Positions 15,722-23,954 of a stretch of DNA of 28,625 bases are shown here, piece by piece. Under the pieces are notes generated by a model, which saw only the letters and a program-made list of their open reading frames with translations, was not told the origin of the DNA and did not search any database. The position numbers were made by a program, and so were the translations under genes. The DNA lies in the NCBI GenBank assembly GCA_963705165.1, contig CAVPJD010000006.1, forward strand, positions 1 through 28,625, written 5' to 3'. The DNA comes from an uncultured delta proteobacterium (lineage in GTDB: Bacteria; Desulfobacterota; Syntrophia; Syntrophales; UBA2192). Numbering within the stretch: the first letter of the stretch is position 1; each line of letters opens with the position of its first letter.

Positions 15722-16459
15722 TCAACGGGTGGGAGATTGGCGGCGTATTTCATGAAGCAGGATCCCGGCAGCGACGGAGACGTTCAGGGAGTCGATCCGG
15801 CCGAAGAGGGGGATGGAAAGCAGCACATCGCAGTGCTTGCGCACCAGCGGCCTGATCCCCTTGCCTTCGCTGCCCATGACGAGACCCACGTTCCCCTCGA
15901 AGCGGACCGATCCGGCATCGCAGTCCGAGGAGGCATCGGTGCCGTAGATCCAGAATCCATTTTCCTTCATGAATTCGATGGCTTGGGTGAGATTTACGAC
16001 CCGGGCAACCGGGATGTGACCGGCAGCACCGGCAGAGGCCTTGATGACGGCGGGGGTGATCCCGGCAGCGCGGTCGCGGGGGATGACGACCCCGTTGGCG
16101 CCGAAGCAGTGGGCCGTGCGGATGAGGGAGCCCAAGTTCTGGGGGTCCTCGACCCCGTCGAGCAGAAGCACGAGGCTCGCGGGAAAAGCGGGATGACGGT
16201 TTGCGATGATTTCCTCAAGGCCTGCGTAGGCAAACTCCCCGCAAAGGCACAGCACGCCCTGGTGGGCCGTGGTGCCTGCCTGGCGGTCAAGGGCGTCCCG
16301 CCCGCGAACCTCCACCGCGATGCCCCGGGCCGATGCCAGCCCGAGAATCTTTTTCACATCCTCGCCTTTCCGCCCCTCGGCGAGAATGATTTTCCGGACG
16401 TTGCCCCCCTCGCTCCTGAGGATCTCCGAGACGGGATTGATGCCATATATGATCTGCAT
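15722..16459 (-). CDS. rlmB: 23S rRNA Gm2251 2'-O-methyltransferase (SPOUT)
   Basis: IYGINPV, HQGV, LDGVEDPQNLGSLIRTA, KASAGA, MGSEGKG, DSLNVSVAAG. Confidence 0.95.
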   Translation of the reverse strand: MQIIYGINPVSEILRSEGGNVRKIILAEGRKGEDVKKILGLASARGIAVEVRGRDALDRQAGTTAHQGVLCLCGEFAYAGLEEIIANRHPAFPASLVLLLDGVEDPQNLGSLIRTAHCFGANGVVIPRDRAAGITPAVIKASAGAAGHIPVARVVNLTQAIEFMKENGFWIYGTDASSDCDAGSVRFEGNVGLVMGSEGKGIRPLVRKHCDVLLSIPLFGRIDSLNVSVAAGILLHEIRRQSPTR

Positions 16460-16464
16460 TAGGA

Positions 16465-16597
16465 AGTGACCAGTGACCGGTGGAAGAGGGATTCAGGATT
16501 CCGGACTCGGAATTTCTTTCACACGCTACCCGCTACACGCGACACGCTTCTGTGACAGGACGGGAAAGACGGGATAGACCGGATAGACGGAATAGAC
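16465..16597. repeat. Mosaic spacer of four different short tandem arrays (periods 7, 7, 7, 9)
   Basis: AGTGACC AGTGACC GGTGGA; GGATTCA GGATTCC GGACTCG GAATT; TCACACG CTACCCG CTACACG CGACACG; GGACGGGAA AGACGGGAT AGACCGGAT AGACGGAAT AGAC. Confidence 0.85.
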
Positions 16598-16601
16598 AAT
16601 A

Positions 16602-17360
16602 TTATTTCCGGTCGGCCAGGCCCAGGGCGATCTCCTCGACGATGCGGTCGGCCGCTTCGACGGGGTCCTTTGCCAGCCGGATGGGCCGGCCCACAACGAT
16701 GTAGTCGGCGCCGTTGCGGATCGCCTCGCGGGGGGTGTCGATCCGTTTCTGGTCGTCTTTCTCCACCTCGCCGCCGCCCAGGCGGATGCCGGGGGTCACG
16801 ATGGCAAATTGGGGGCCGCAGTTCCCACGAATGGATAGAATATCCTGGGGCGAGGCCACCACTCCGCTTACGCCGGCGCGGCATGCTGCGGCCGCAAGAT
16901 GCGCCGCGAGCCCCTGTGTCGTCTGGTGAAACCCGAGCTCGGAGAGGTCCCGGTCGTTGAGGCTGGTAAGTACCGTAACGGCCAGGATGAGGGGCTTTTC
17001 CACCCCGGCCTCTCGGGCCGTCTTCTCCACGGCCTCGACGGTCTTCTCCATCATCTCCCGCCCCCCGAGGGCATGGACGTTGAACATGGCAACCCCGAGC
17101 TTCACGGCCCCCTCGGCTGCCTTGGCAACCGTATTGGGAATGTCGTGGAACTTGAGATCGAGAAAGACCCGTCCCCCCAGATCCTGGATCCGGCGGACGA
17201 TCGCGGGCCCGAAGTGGGTAAAGGCCTCCTTGCCGACCTTGTAGACCCCGATGTGGTCCCGAAGGCGCTCGACCCAGTGCAGGGTCTCGTCGATGCCGTC
17301 GCCCATGTCCAGGGCAAAGATGAGGCGCGAACGGGCCTCCTTACTCGGAATCGTCCTCAT
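16602..17360 (-). CDS. pyrF: Orotidine-5'-phosphate decarboxylase
   Basis: [45 protein letters not shown]; probable start ATG 17360 overlaps the rpoZ end by 20 nt. Confidence 0.95.
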   Translation of the reverse strand: MRTIPSKEARSRLIFALDMGDGIDETLHWVERLRDHIGVYKVGKEAFTHFGPAIVRRIQDLGGRVFLDLKFHDIPNTVAKAAEGAVKLGVAMFNVHALGGREMMEKTVEAVEKTAREAGVEKPLILAVTVLTSLNDRDLSELGFHQTTQGLAAHLAAAACRAGVSGVVASPQDILSIRGNCGPQFAIVTPGIRLGGGEVEKDDQKRIDTPREAIRNGADYIVVGRPIRLAKDPVEAADRIVEEIALGLADRK

Positions 17361-17613
17361 CGCCGATGAACCCCATCTCGTCGCCGATCTGCCTTGCCTG
17401 TTCTTCAACCCTGTCCAGGAGCTCCGGATGGGAATACCTCACCTTGGCCGCAGCCACCTCGCGCAGCGCCGTGACCACGGGCTTGTTGTCCCGATTGTCC
17501 ACCAGCGGCTGCGATCCCTTGAGCAGCTGGCGGGTCCGCTGACCCGTCAGGATCACGAGGGCAAAGCGGTTTCTTGCCTCTTTCAATGCGTCTTCTACAG
17601 TAACTCTTGCCAT
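17341..17613 (-). CDS. rpoZ: RNA polymerase omega subunit
   Basis: [10 protein letters not shown]....NRFALV.....R.RQL..G..PL.....[12 protein letters not shown]; follows gmk. Confidence 0.96.
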   Translation of the reverse strand: MARVTVEDALKEARNRFALVILTGQRTRQLLKGSQPLVDNRDNKPVVTALREVAAAKVRYSHPELLDRVEEQARQIGDEMGFIGDEDDSE

Positions 17614-17615
17614 AT

Positions 17616-18251
17616 TTAGTTGCCTCCCGATCGATCAAAGAAAGGTTTTATCTTCACCATCATGCGTTCACGCCTGCACGTTTCCGCAACATAGACGGAC
17701 CGCAGGTGTTCGATGGCCGCATCCAGGTTGTCATTCATAATGATGTAATCATACCACACGATCTCTCGAATCTCACTGAGCGCGTTGTCGAACCGCCGGC
17801 GGATCGTCTCCTCCGTCTCGGAACCCCGGCCCCTCAGGCGACGCTCGAGTTCCTCGATGGACGGGGGGATGACGAAGACGAAAACACCCCCCGGCCAGGC
17901 CTTCTTCAGGGCCCGGGCCCCGCGCGTGTCCACATCCAGCAGCAGGTCGTGGCCGCCCCTGAGGGCCGCCTCCATGGTTTCCCGGGAGGTCCCGTAGAGC
18001 TGACCGAAGTTCTCGGCCCACTCGATCAGGTCGCCGCGGCCGATCCGGTCGCGAAACTCCGCCTCGGTGACGAAGTGATAATCCTTTCCGTCCGCCTCCG
18101 TGGGCCTGGGCGGCCGGGTGGTCAGGGATACGGAAAACCGAAGCTGCGGAAACCTCTCCAGCAGGGCCTTGCAGACGGAGGTCTTTCCCGATCCCGAGGG
18201 ACCCGTCACGGCGATGAACATCCCTTCCATCGGCAAGCGCTCACTCGACAT
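17616..18251 (-). CDS. gmk: Guanylate kinase
   Basis: [44 protein letters not shown]; start could be 18230. Confidence 0.96.
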   Translation of the reverse strand: MSSERLPMEGMFIAVTGPSGSGKTSVCKALLERFPQLRFSVSLTTRPPRPTEADGKDYHFVTEAEFRDRIGRGDLIEWAENFGQLYGTSRETMEAALRGGHDLLLDVDTRGARALKKAWPGGVFVFVIPPSIEELERRLRGRGSETEETIRRRFDNALSEIREIVWYDYIIMNDNLDAAIEHLRSVYVAETCRRERMMVKIKPFFDRSGGN

Positions 18252-19122
18252 TCTGGGCCTGCTCCCTCAGCTTGGCCAGTTCGCTCTTGAGTTCGATGAC
18301 GTCCTGCCCAATGGCGATGTCGTTGCTCTTTGACCCGAGGGTGTTCACCTCCCGGCCCATCTCCTGGAGCAGGAAGTCGAGCTTGCGCCCGATGGCCTCA
18401 CTGCCCTGGAGGAGCTTTTCCATCTGGCCGATGTGGCTCTCGAATCGCACGATCTCCTCGGTGATGTCGCTCTTATCCGCCAGAAGGGCCACCTCCTGGC
18501 TCAGGCGCACGGGGTCCATTTCGAGGCCGTCCGTCAGTTCGCGGATCCTCTCCTGGAGCCGCTGCTTGTACTCCAGGACGGTCCGGGGAGCCCGGGCCTT
18601 CGCCGAGCCGAGATGGCGCGTCAAGGTGTCGAGCCGCGCCAGAAAGTCCTTCTTCAGGACTTCGCCTTCCACCTGGCGCATCCGGATGAGGGCATCGATG
18701 GCCTCATCGAGGGTCTTCTGGAGCCCCCCCCAGGCAGCCGTCGGGTCGAAGCGGGTCTCCGAAGGCACGAAAATCTCCTTGAAGCGGACGAGGGTTCTCA
18801 GATCGATCTCTTCCTTGAGGTTCAGCTCCTCTTTGATCCTCACGAGCAGGGAATGGTAATTCCGGAGCAGAGGCACGTTGAGGCTGTACTGGACGCCGTT
18901 GTCCGGACCCGACTCCGCGTCGGCCTGGATGCTGATCTCGATGCGCCCGCGGAAAATCCGCTCGCCCACCCTTTTCTTGATGCCCACTTCCAGGGGGGAA
19001 AGGACGTTGGGCAAGCGGGTGATGATCTCGACGTAGCGATGATTGAGCGACTTGATCTCGATGACCCACTTGCGCCCCTCGATCTGTGTCTCCGCCCTGC
19101 CGTAACCGGTCATGCTGAGCAT
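18241..19122 (-). CDS. yicC: YicC/YloC family endoribonuclease
   Basis: [52 protein letters not shown]; start ATG 19122 with SD AGGAG. Confidence 0.95.
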   Translation of the reverse strand: MLSMTGYGRAETQIEGRKWVIEIKSLNHRYVEIITRLPNVLSPLEVGIKKRVGERIFRGRIEISIQADAESGPDNGVQYSLNVPLLRNYHSLLVRIKEELNLKEEIDLRTLVRFKEIFVPSETRFDPTAAWGGLQKTLDEAIDALIRMRQVEGEVLKKDFLARLDTLTRHLGSAKARAPRTVLEYKQRLQERIRELTDGLEMDPVRLSQEVALLADKSDITEEIVRFESHIGQMEKLLQGSEAIGRKLDFLLQEMGREVNTLGSKSNDIAIGQDVIELKSELAKLREQAQNVE

Positions 19123-19134
19123 GTACAAACTCCT

Positions 19135-19229
19135 GGCATAAGGCTAAAGGCTTAGGGCTTAAGGTAAAAAGAAAGAAAAAAGATTCTCGTACAAAATTGC
19201 CTTACGCCATTCGCCTTACGCCTTATGCC
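19135..19229. repeat. Inverted pair of period-7 arms (GGCTTAA family), overlapping the DUF4416 stop
   Basis: GGCATAA GGCTAAA GGCTTAG GGCTTAA GGTAA ... TTGCC TTACGCC ATTCGCC TTACGCC TTATGCC. Confidence 0.9.
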
Positions 19230-19752
19230 TGTTTTTTAACTGAATCACATATCGTTTCCGCAACCCGTTGAGCATCCCGATCGTCTGCTCCGAGCGGTAG
19301 TCGGGATAGGTCCACTCGAGGGGCCGGTACGTTTCCTTCCGGTACACAAGCGTCAGGTCTGCGTAGATGCCCTGCCCGATGTATGGCCGGTGGGAATAGC
19401 CCTTCGCTGTGGCAAGGATGACATGCTGTTTTGCCACGTAACCCGGGTCAATGTTGACCCGCCTTGCCCCGCCCCCGGAGAACCGCTCTTCCAGGGCGTT
19501 TGTCTCAAGCTTGATCGCCGGAAGTTCTTCCGACCGGATCAGTCCGTCCAAGGCGACAAAACGCCGGACGAGGGCCGGACCCATCTCGGCGGCGTAATAG
19601 TTCGTGTAGGCGAACGGGAGGATCTCGCTCACGAAGTCGGGATCCCCGTTGCACTGCGCCAACTCCCGGATGACCGCCTCCAGCAGGCCCGCATCACCGG
19701 CGAGCACGCTCACGAACAACTTAACCGGTTCGGGTTCTCTCGGATGGCTCAT
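19216..19752 (-). CDS. DUF4416 family protein
   Basis: F..T.YY..EMG..L.RRF, L..IK..TN.LE, R.VNIDPGY, LAT.K...HR.YIG.GIYADLTL, WTYPDY. Confidence 0.88.
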   Translation of the reverse strand: MSHPREPEPVKLFVSVLAGDAGLLEAVIRELAQCNGDPDFVSEILPFAYTNYYAAEMGPALVRRFVALDGLIRSEELPAIKLETNALEERFSGGGARRVNIDPGYVAKQHVILATAKGYSHRPYIGQGIYADLTLVYRKETYRPLEWTYPDYRSEQTIGMLNGLRKRYVIQLKNRHKA

Positions 19753-19755
19753 CGA

Positions 19756-19790
19756 ATCTGGTCTATCCAGTCTGTCCGGTCTATCCGGTC
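19756..19790. repeat. Period-9 tandem array, reverse complement of the 16558-16597 family
   Basis: ATCTGGTCT ATCCAGTCT GTCCGGTCT ATCCGGTC. Confidence 0.85.
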
Positions 19791-19797
19791 ATCACGA

Positions 19798-19884
19798 AGC
19801 CGACAGCCGACAGCCCACAGTCGACAGCATACAGCCAGGAAAAGATGCACGGACTGTTGGCTGTAGGCTGTAGGCTGTTGGCTG
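19798..19884. repeat. Inverted pair of period-7 arms (ACAGCCN family)
   Basis: AGCCGAC AGCCGAC AGCCCAC AGTCGAC AGCATAC AGCC ... GACT GTTGGCT GTAGGCT GTAGGCT GTTGGCT G. Confidence 0.9.
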
Positions 19885-19892
19885 CCTTCTGC

Positions 19893-20927
19893 CTACACCA
19901 CCCGTTTGAGTTCCGCCGGCGACACCGTGGCCGTGCCGATTTTGCCCACGACAACCCCTGCCGCCTTGTTGGCCATGTAGGCCGCTTCCCGGAAAGAAGC
20001 CCCGGAAGCAAGCGACAGGGCAAAAATGCCGATGGCCGTGTCCCCCGCGCCGGTCACGTCGAACACTTCCTTCGCCTCGGCGGGAATGTGAAAATCCCGC
20101 CCCCCGCGCTCGAAAAGGTCCATGCCCGCCTCGCCGCGCGTGATGAGGACCGCCCGGAACCCGTATTGTTTCAGGATTTCCCGGCCGATTCGTGCGATTT
20201 CGGCCCGCCGGCCTTCATTGAGCTCCTGGGTGTTTTCGACACCCACGGCGCGGCCCGCCTCGTGGTGGTTGGGCGTGATGACGTCGAAGTCCCTGTATAC
20301 CGTGAAATCGTTTCGCTTCGGGTCCACGCAAACCGGGATGCGGCGCCCCGACACGGCCCGGCGGATCCCGTCGAGCAGGCGCTCCGACACGATCCCCTTG
20401 TTGTAATCGGAGATCACGATGGCCTGAAGCTCGTCGCGAATGGACGTGACATATTGGACGATGCGGTCGACGCTGCCGGGTTGGACGGCGTGCCGGCTCT
20501 CCCGGTCATAGCGGACCATCTGCTGCCCATGGGCAACGATCCTCGTCTTCACCGTCGTGGGCCTCTCACCCTCCCGGACCAGTCCGCCCGTATCGACATC
20601 CATCTGCTGCAGCTTTGCCTCGAGCCAGTCGCCCATCCCGTCGGAGCCGATGATCCCTGCCACGGCAACGGTGCCTCCCATGGCGTGGATGTTGCTCACC
20701 ACGTTGCCCGACCCGCCCATCATGAGGTTCTCCTTCGTCACCTCCACGACGGGGACAGGGGCCTCGGGCGAGATCCGGGAGACCTTGCCCCAGATGAAGT
20801 GATCCACCATGAGATCCCCGATGACAAGCACCCTCGAGGAGGGGTACTGACCGATGATCTCCAGGGCCCTCTTTCGGTTGACCGGCCTCTTTATCGTTCT
20901 GTCCACTGTTCGTTCTACATTCCCCAT
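19893..20927 (-). CDS. rfaE1: Heptose-7-phosphate kinase (RfaE domain I / HldA, PfkB family)
   Basis: VLVIGDLMVD....G...RISPEAPVPVV, RPTT.KTR, ISDYNKG, VDPK, ITPN..EA, EVFDVTGAGDT, VVGK.GTA; start uncertain (20927 or 20906). Confidence 0.93.
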   Translation of the reverse strand: MGNVERTVDRTIKRPVNRKRALEIIGQYPSSRVLVIGDLMVDHFIWGKVSRISPEAPVPVVEVTKENLMMGGSGNVVSNIHAMGGTVAVAGIIGSDGMGDWLEAKLQQMDVDTGGLVREGERPTTVKTRIVAHGQQMVRYDRESRHAVQPGSVDRIVQYVTSIRDELQAIVISDYNKGIVSERLLDGIRRAVSGRRIPVCVDPKRNDFTVYRDFDVITPNHHEAGRAVGVENTQELNEGRRAEIARIGREILKQYGFRAVLITRGEAGMDLFERGGRDFHIPAEAKEVFDVTGAGDTAIGIFALSLASGASFREAAYMANKAAGVVVGKIGTATVSPAELKRVV

Positions 20928-20956
20928 TGGTTTCGTTGCGTCGCTCTTCAAAAACA

Positions 20957-21050
20957 GAAGGTAAGAAGGTGGAAGGTGGAAGGTTGGAGAAGCGGAGCGC
21001 ATCCCTCTGGCTTATCCAACCTTCCTTTACCCCTCCCTCTCAACTTCTTC
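20957..21050. repeat. Inverted pair of period-7/8 arms (GAAGKTAA family), decayed right arm
   Basis: GAAGGTAA GAAGGTG GAAGGTG GAAGGTTG GA ... TCCAACCTTC CTTTACCCCTC CCTCTCAACTTC. Confidence 0.8.
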
Positions 21051-21062
21051 TTTCCTGCGCGC

Positions 21063-21998
21063 CTACTTCACCTTGCTCCGGAAGTACGGCAGCACCTGCT
21101 TCAATCCCTCGTCGAGGGAGACCCGCGGCTCCCAGCCGAGCAGGCGCTTTGCCTTACCGATGTCGGGCCGCCTGAGCTTCGGGTCGTCCTCGGGCAGGGG
21201 CCGGTATACGATCCGGCTCTTCGAACCGGTGACCCCCAGGATCCGGTGCGCCAGCTCCAGAAGGGTGATCTCGTCGGGGTTGCCCATGTTGACCGGGTAA
21301 ACCTCTCCGGAAGAAAGAAGCCGGCAGATGCCCTCCACCAAGTCGTCGACGTAGCAGAAGCTCCGGGTCTGGGTGCCGTCTCCAAAAACGGTCAGATCCT
21401 CGCCCCTGAGGCACTGGCCCATGAATGCGGGAAGCGCCCGCCCGTCCTCGAGTCGCATCCGGGGACCGTAGGTGTTGAAGATCCGCACGATCCGGGTCTC
21501 GACGCCGTGCGAGCGGTGATAGGCCATGGTCATGGATTCGGCAAACCGCTTTGCCTCATCATAGACGCCCCGGGGCCCCACGGGATTCACGTTGCCCCAG
21601 TAGTCTTCGGTCTGGGGATGGACGAGGGGGTCGCCATAGCACTCCGACGTCGAGGCCAGCAGGAACCGGGCCTTCTTGGACAGTGCCAACCCCAAGGCCT
21701 TGTGCGTGCCCAGAGAGCCCACCTTGAGGGTCTGGATGGGCATTCTCAAGTAATCGATCGGGCTCGCCGGCGAGGCAAAGTGAAGAATGTTGTGGAGCTC
21801 TCCGTCGACATGGAGATAGTTCGTCACATCATACTGGATGAAGCTGAAGCGCTTCTTCCCCAGCAGGTGCGATATGTTTTCCATATTCCCGGTCGAGAGG
21901 TTGTCGATACAGATGACCTCATGACCCTTTTCGATCAGATAATCGCAAAGATGGCTTCCCAGAAAGCCCGCACCGCCGGTGATCAGTGTCCGTTCCAT
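21063..21998 (-). CDS. UDP-glucuronic acid decarboxylase family (extended SDR)
   Basis: [67 protein letters not shown]; start ATG 21998. Confidence 0.94.
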   Translation of the reverse strand: MERTLITGGAGFLGSHLCDYLIEKGHEVICIDNLSTGNMENISHLLGKKRFSFIQYDVTNYLHVDGELHNILHFASPASPIDYLRMPIQTLKVGSLGTHKALGLALSKKARFLLASTSECYGDPLVHPQTEDYWGNVNPVGPRGVYDEAKRFAESMTMAYHRSHGVETRIVRIFNTYGPRMRLEDGRALPAFMGQCLRGEDLTVFGDGTQTRSFCYVDDLVEGICRLLSSGEVYPVNMGNPDEITLLELAHRILGVTGSKSRIVYRPLPEDDPKLRRPDIGKAKRLLGWEPRVSLDEGLKQVLPYFRSKVK

Positions 21999-22046
21999 GG
22001 AGTTGTGAAGCAACCTTCCGATTAACATTATGCGTAAAGGAGTGGA

Positions 22047-22075
22047 ATGTTATTACTAGATGCCTGTTTTGTCAA
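22047..22075 (-). promoter_or_regulatory. Putative sigma70 promoter of the leftward block
   Basis: TTGACA, 17 bp, TAACAT on the minus strand. Confidence 0.65.
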
Positions 22076-22161
22076 CGTTTTTCTTCCCCAGGCCCTCCAG
22101 TGCGGCCCCGTGAGGCGCCGGCGACGGAGCCTCCCCGGGGGGTGACCGGCCGAAAACATTC

Positions 22162-22188
22162 TTGACACATCTGCAAAAAAAATATAGT
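22162..22188 (+). promoter_or_regulatory. Putative sigma70 promoter of lysS
   Basis: TTGACA, 15 bp including an A8 run, TATAGT. Confidence 0.5.
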
Positions 22189-22258
22189 GAAATTCACTTT
22201 GTTCCCGCATACCGGGGGCAAAAAAACGATTGCGAATGAGCACTTCCGGGGACAGACG

Positions 22259-23782
22259 ATGGAAGACAGTGAACTTTTCAAGGTGAGACGGGAAAAAGTC
22301 GAGGCCCTCGCCGCCTCGGGCGTCGAGACCTACCCTAACGACGCAAAGGTGACCCACCTCTCCAGGCAGATTCTTGACACCTACGGGCAGATGGACAACG
22401 AGACCCTGGAGAAGGTGGCGGAGCGGTTCTCCATCGCGGGGCGGATCATGGCGATCCGGGATTTCGGCAAGGGGGCCTTCGTCGCCGTCCAGGACCGAAA
22501 GGGGCGCATCCAGGCCTTCATCCGCAAGGACAAGGTGGGCGAGGCGGCCTTCGCCCTTTTCAAGAGCCTCGACGTGGGCGATATCGTCCATATCACCGGC
22601 CGGGTCTTCAAAACCCGCACGGGGGAGCTTACCCTCGAGTCCGAGGGGCTTCGCCTGCTCACCAAGTGCCTCCGGCCCCTGCCGGAAAAATGGCACGGCC
22701 TGACCGACGTGGAGATCCGCTACCGCCAGCGCTATCTCGACCTCACCGTGAACCCGAAGGTCAAGGAGGTCTTCGAGGCGCGCAGCCGGATCATCCAGTC
22801 CATCCGCACGTTCCTGCACGAGCGGGACTTCCTCGAGGTGGAGACCCCCATGATGCAGCCCATGGCCGGGGGGGCCATGGCAAAACCCTTCAAGACCTAC
22901 CACAACGCCCTCGGGCAGGACCTCTTCCTGCGGATCGCGCCGGAGCTCTACCTCAAGCGACTCGTCGCGGGCGGACTGGAGCGGGTTTTCGAGCTCAACC
23001 GTAATTTCCGCAACGAGGGGATCTCGACGCTGCACAACCCCGAGTTCACCATGATGGAATTCTACATGGCCTACGCCACCTACGAGGACCTCATGACGCT
23101 CACCGAGGAGCTCATCACCGGGCTTGTGCGCGAGATCTTCGGGACCCTGAAGATCACCTACCAGGACACCGAGCTCGACTTCACGCCGCCCTGGGCCCGG
23201 GTGAGTGTCGGAGAGGCCCTTGTGAAGTACGCCGGCCTCGACCCGGCTTCCCTGGAAGACCGGGGCAAGGCCCTCCAGGAGGCCGAGAAACGGGGGATCC
23301 TCTTCGAAGGGAACCAGCCCCTGGGAAAGGTCCTCATGGGCATTTTCGACGAGGTCGTGGAGGGAAAGCTCATCCAGCCCACCTTCGTGACCCAGTACCC
23401 CCTGGAGGTCTCTCCGCTCTCGCGCAAAAACAGCCGCAACCCCGAGTTTGTGGACCGCTTCGAGCTCTACATCCACGGCAGGGAGATCGCCAACGCCTTC
23501 TCCGAGCTCAACGACCCCGCGGACCAGAAAAACCGCTTCCTCATGCAGATCGAGCAGCGTGAAGCCGGCGACGAGGAGGCCCACGGGATGGACGAGGACT
23601 ACATCATGGCCCTGGAATACGGGATGCCGCCCACGGCGGGCGAAGGGATCGGGATCGACCGCCTGGTGATGCTGCTGACCGACTCCCCGTCGATCCGGGA
23701 CGTGATCCTCTTCCCCCACATGCGCCGCCGGGATGCGGGAGAGGCAAAGGCAGAAGGTGACGAGGAAACGAAACGAAGTTAG
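22259..23782 (+). CDS. lysS: Lysine--tRNA ligase (class II)
   Basis: LRPLPEKWHGL.D.E.RYRQRYLDL, FLEVETPMM, LRIAPELYLKRL, RNFRNEG, YGMPP.AG.GIGIDRL; start ATG 22259. Confidence 0.97.
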   Translation: MEDSELFKVRREKVEALAASGVETYPNDAKVTHLSRQILDTYGQMDNETLEKVAERFSIAGRIMAIRDFGKGAFVAVQDRKGRIQAFIRKDKVGEAAFALFKSLDVGDIVHITGRVFKTRTGELTLESEGLRLLTKCLRPLPEKWHGLTDVEIRYRQRYLDLTVNPKVKEVFEARSRIIQSIRTFLHERDFLEVETPMMQPMAGGAMAKPFKTYHNALGQDLFLRIAPELYLKRLVAGGLERVFELNRNFRNEGISTLHNPEFTMMEFYMAYATYEDLMTLTEELITGLVREIFGTLKITYQDTELDFTPPWARVSVGEALVKYAGLDPASLEDRGKALQEAEKRGILFEGNQPLGKVLMGIFDEVVEGKLIQPTFVTQYPLEVSPLSRKNSRNPEFVDRFELYIHGREIANAFSELNDPADQKNRFLMQIEQREAGDEEAHGMDEDYIMALEYGMPPTAGEGIGIDRLVMLLTDSPSIRDVILFPHMRRRDAGEAKAEGDEETKRS

Positions 23783-23865
23783 GAAGATCGGAAGAGCAGA
23801 AGAGCGGACAGGACCCCTTTTTCTTTCTCCTTCCGCTCTTCCTCGCTTCCTCACTTCCGCGCTTC
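23775..23865. repeat. Inverted pair of period-8 arms (GAAGNNNG variant), overlapping the lysS stop
   Basis: GAAGTTAG GAAGATCG GAAGAGCA GAAGAGCG GA ... TCCGCTCTTC CTCGCTTC CTCACTTC CGCGCTTC. Confidence 0.85.
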
Positions 23866-23915
23866 GCGCACAGTAGAGCTCCCGACATCCGGGATGAGAC
23901 GCCCGGTCATAAGTC

Positions 23916-23944
23916 TTGCAAGCACTATAAGGAAGGGTTACACT
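23916..23944 (+). promoter_or_regulatory. Putative sigma70 promoter of lolE-lolD-bamA
   Basis: TTGCAA, 17 bp, TACACT, ending 10 nt before the ATG. Confidence 0.55.
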
Positions 23945-23954
23945 CCAACCGATT

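Noticed and set aside
22100..22152. GC-rich stretch between the divergent promoters as a lysine riboswitch or T-box
   Set aside because: It lies upstream of the lysS promoter, is too short, and lacks the conserved motifs.
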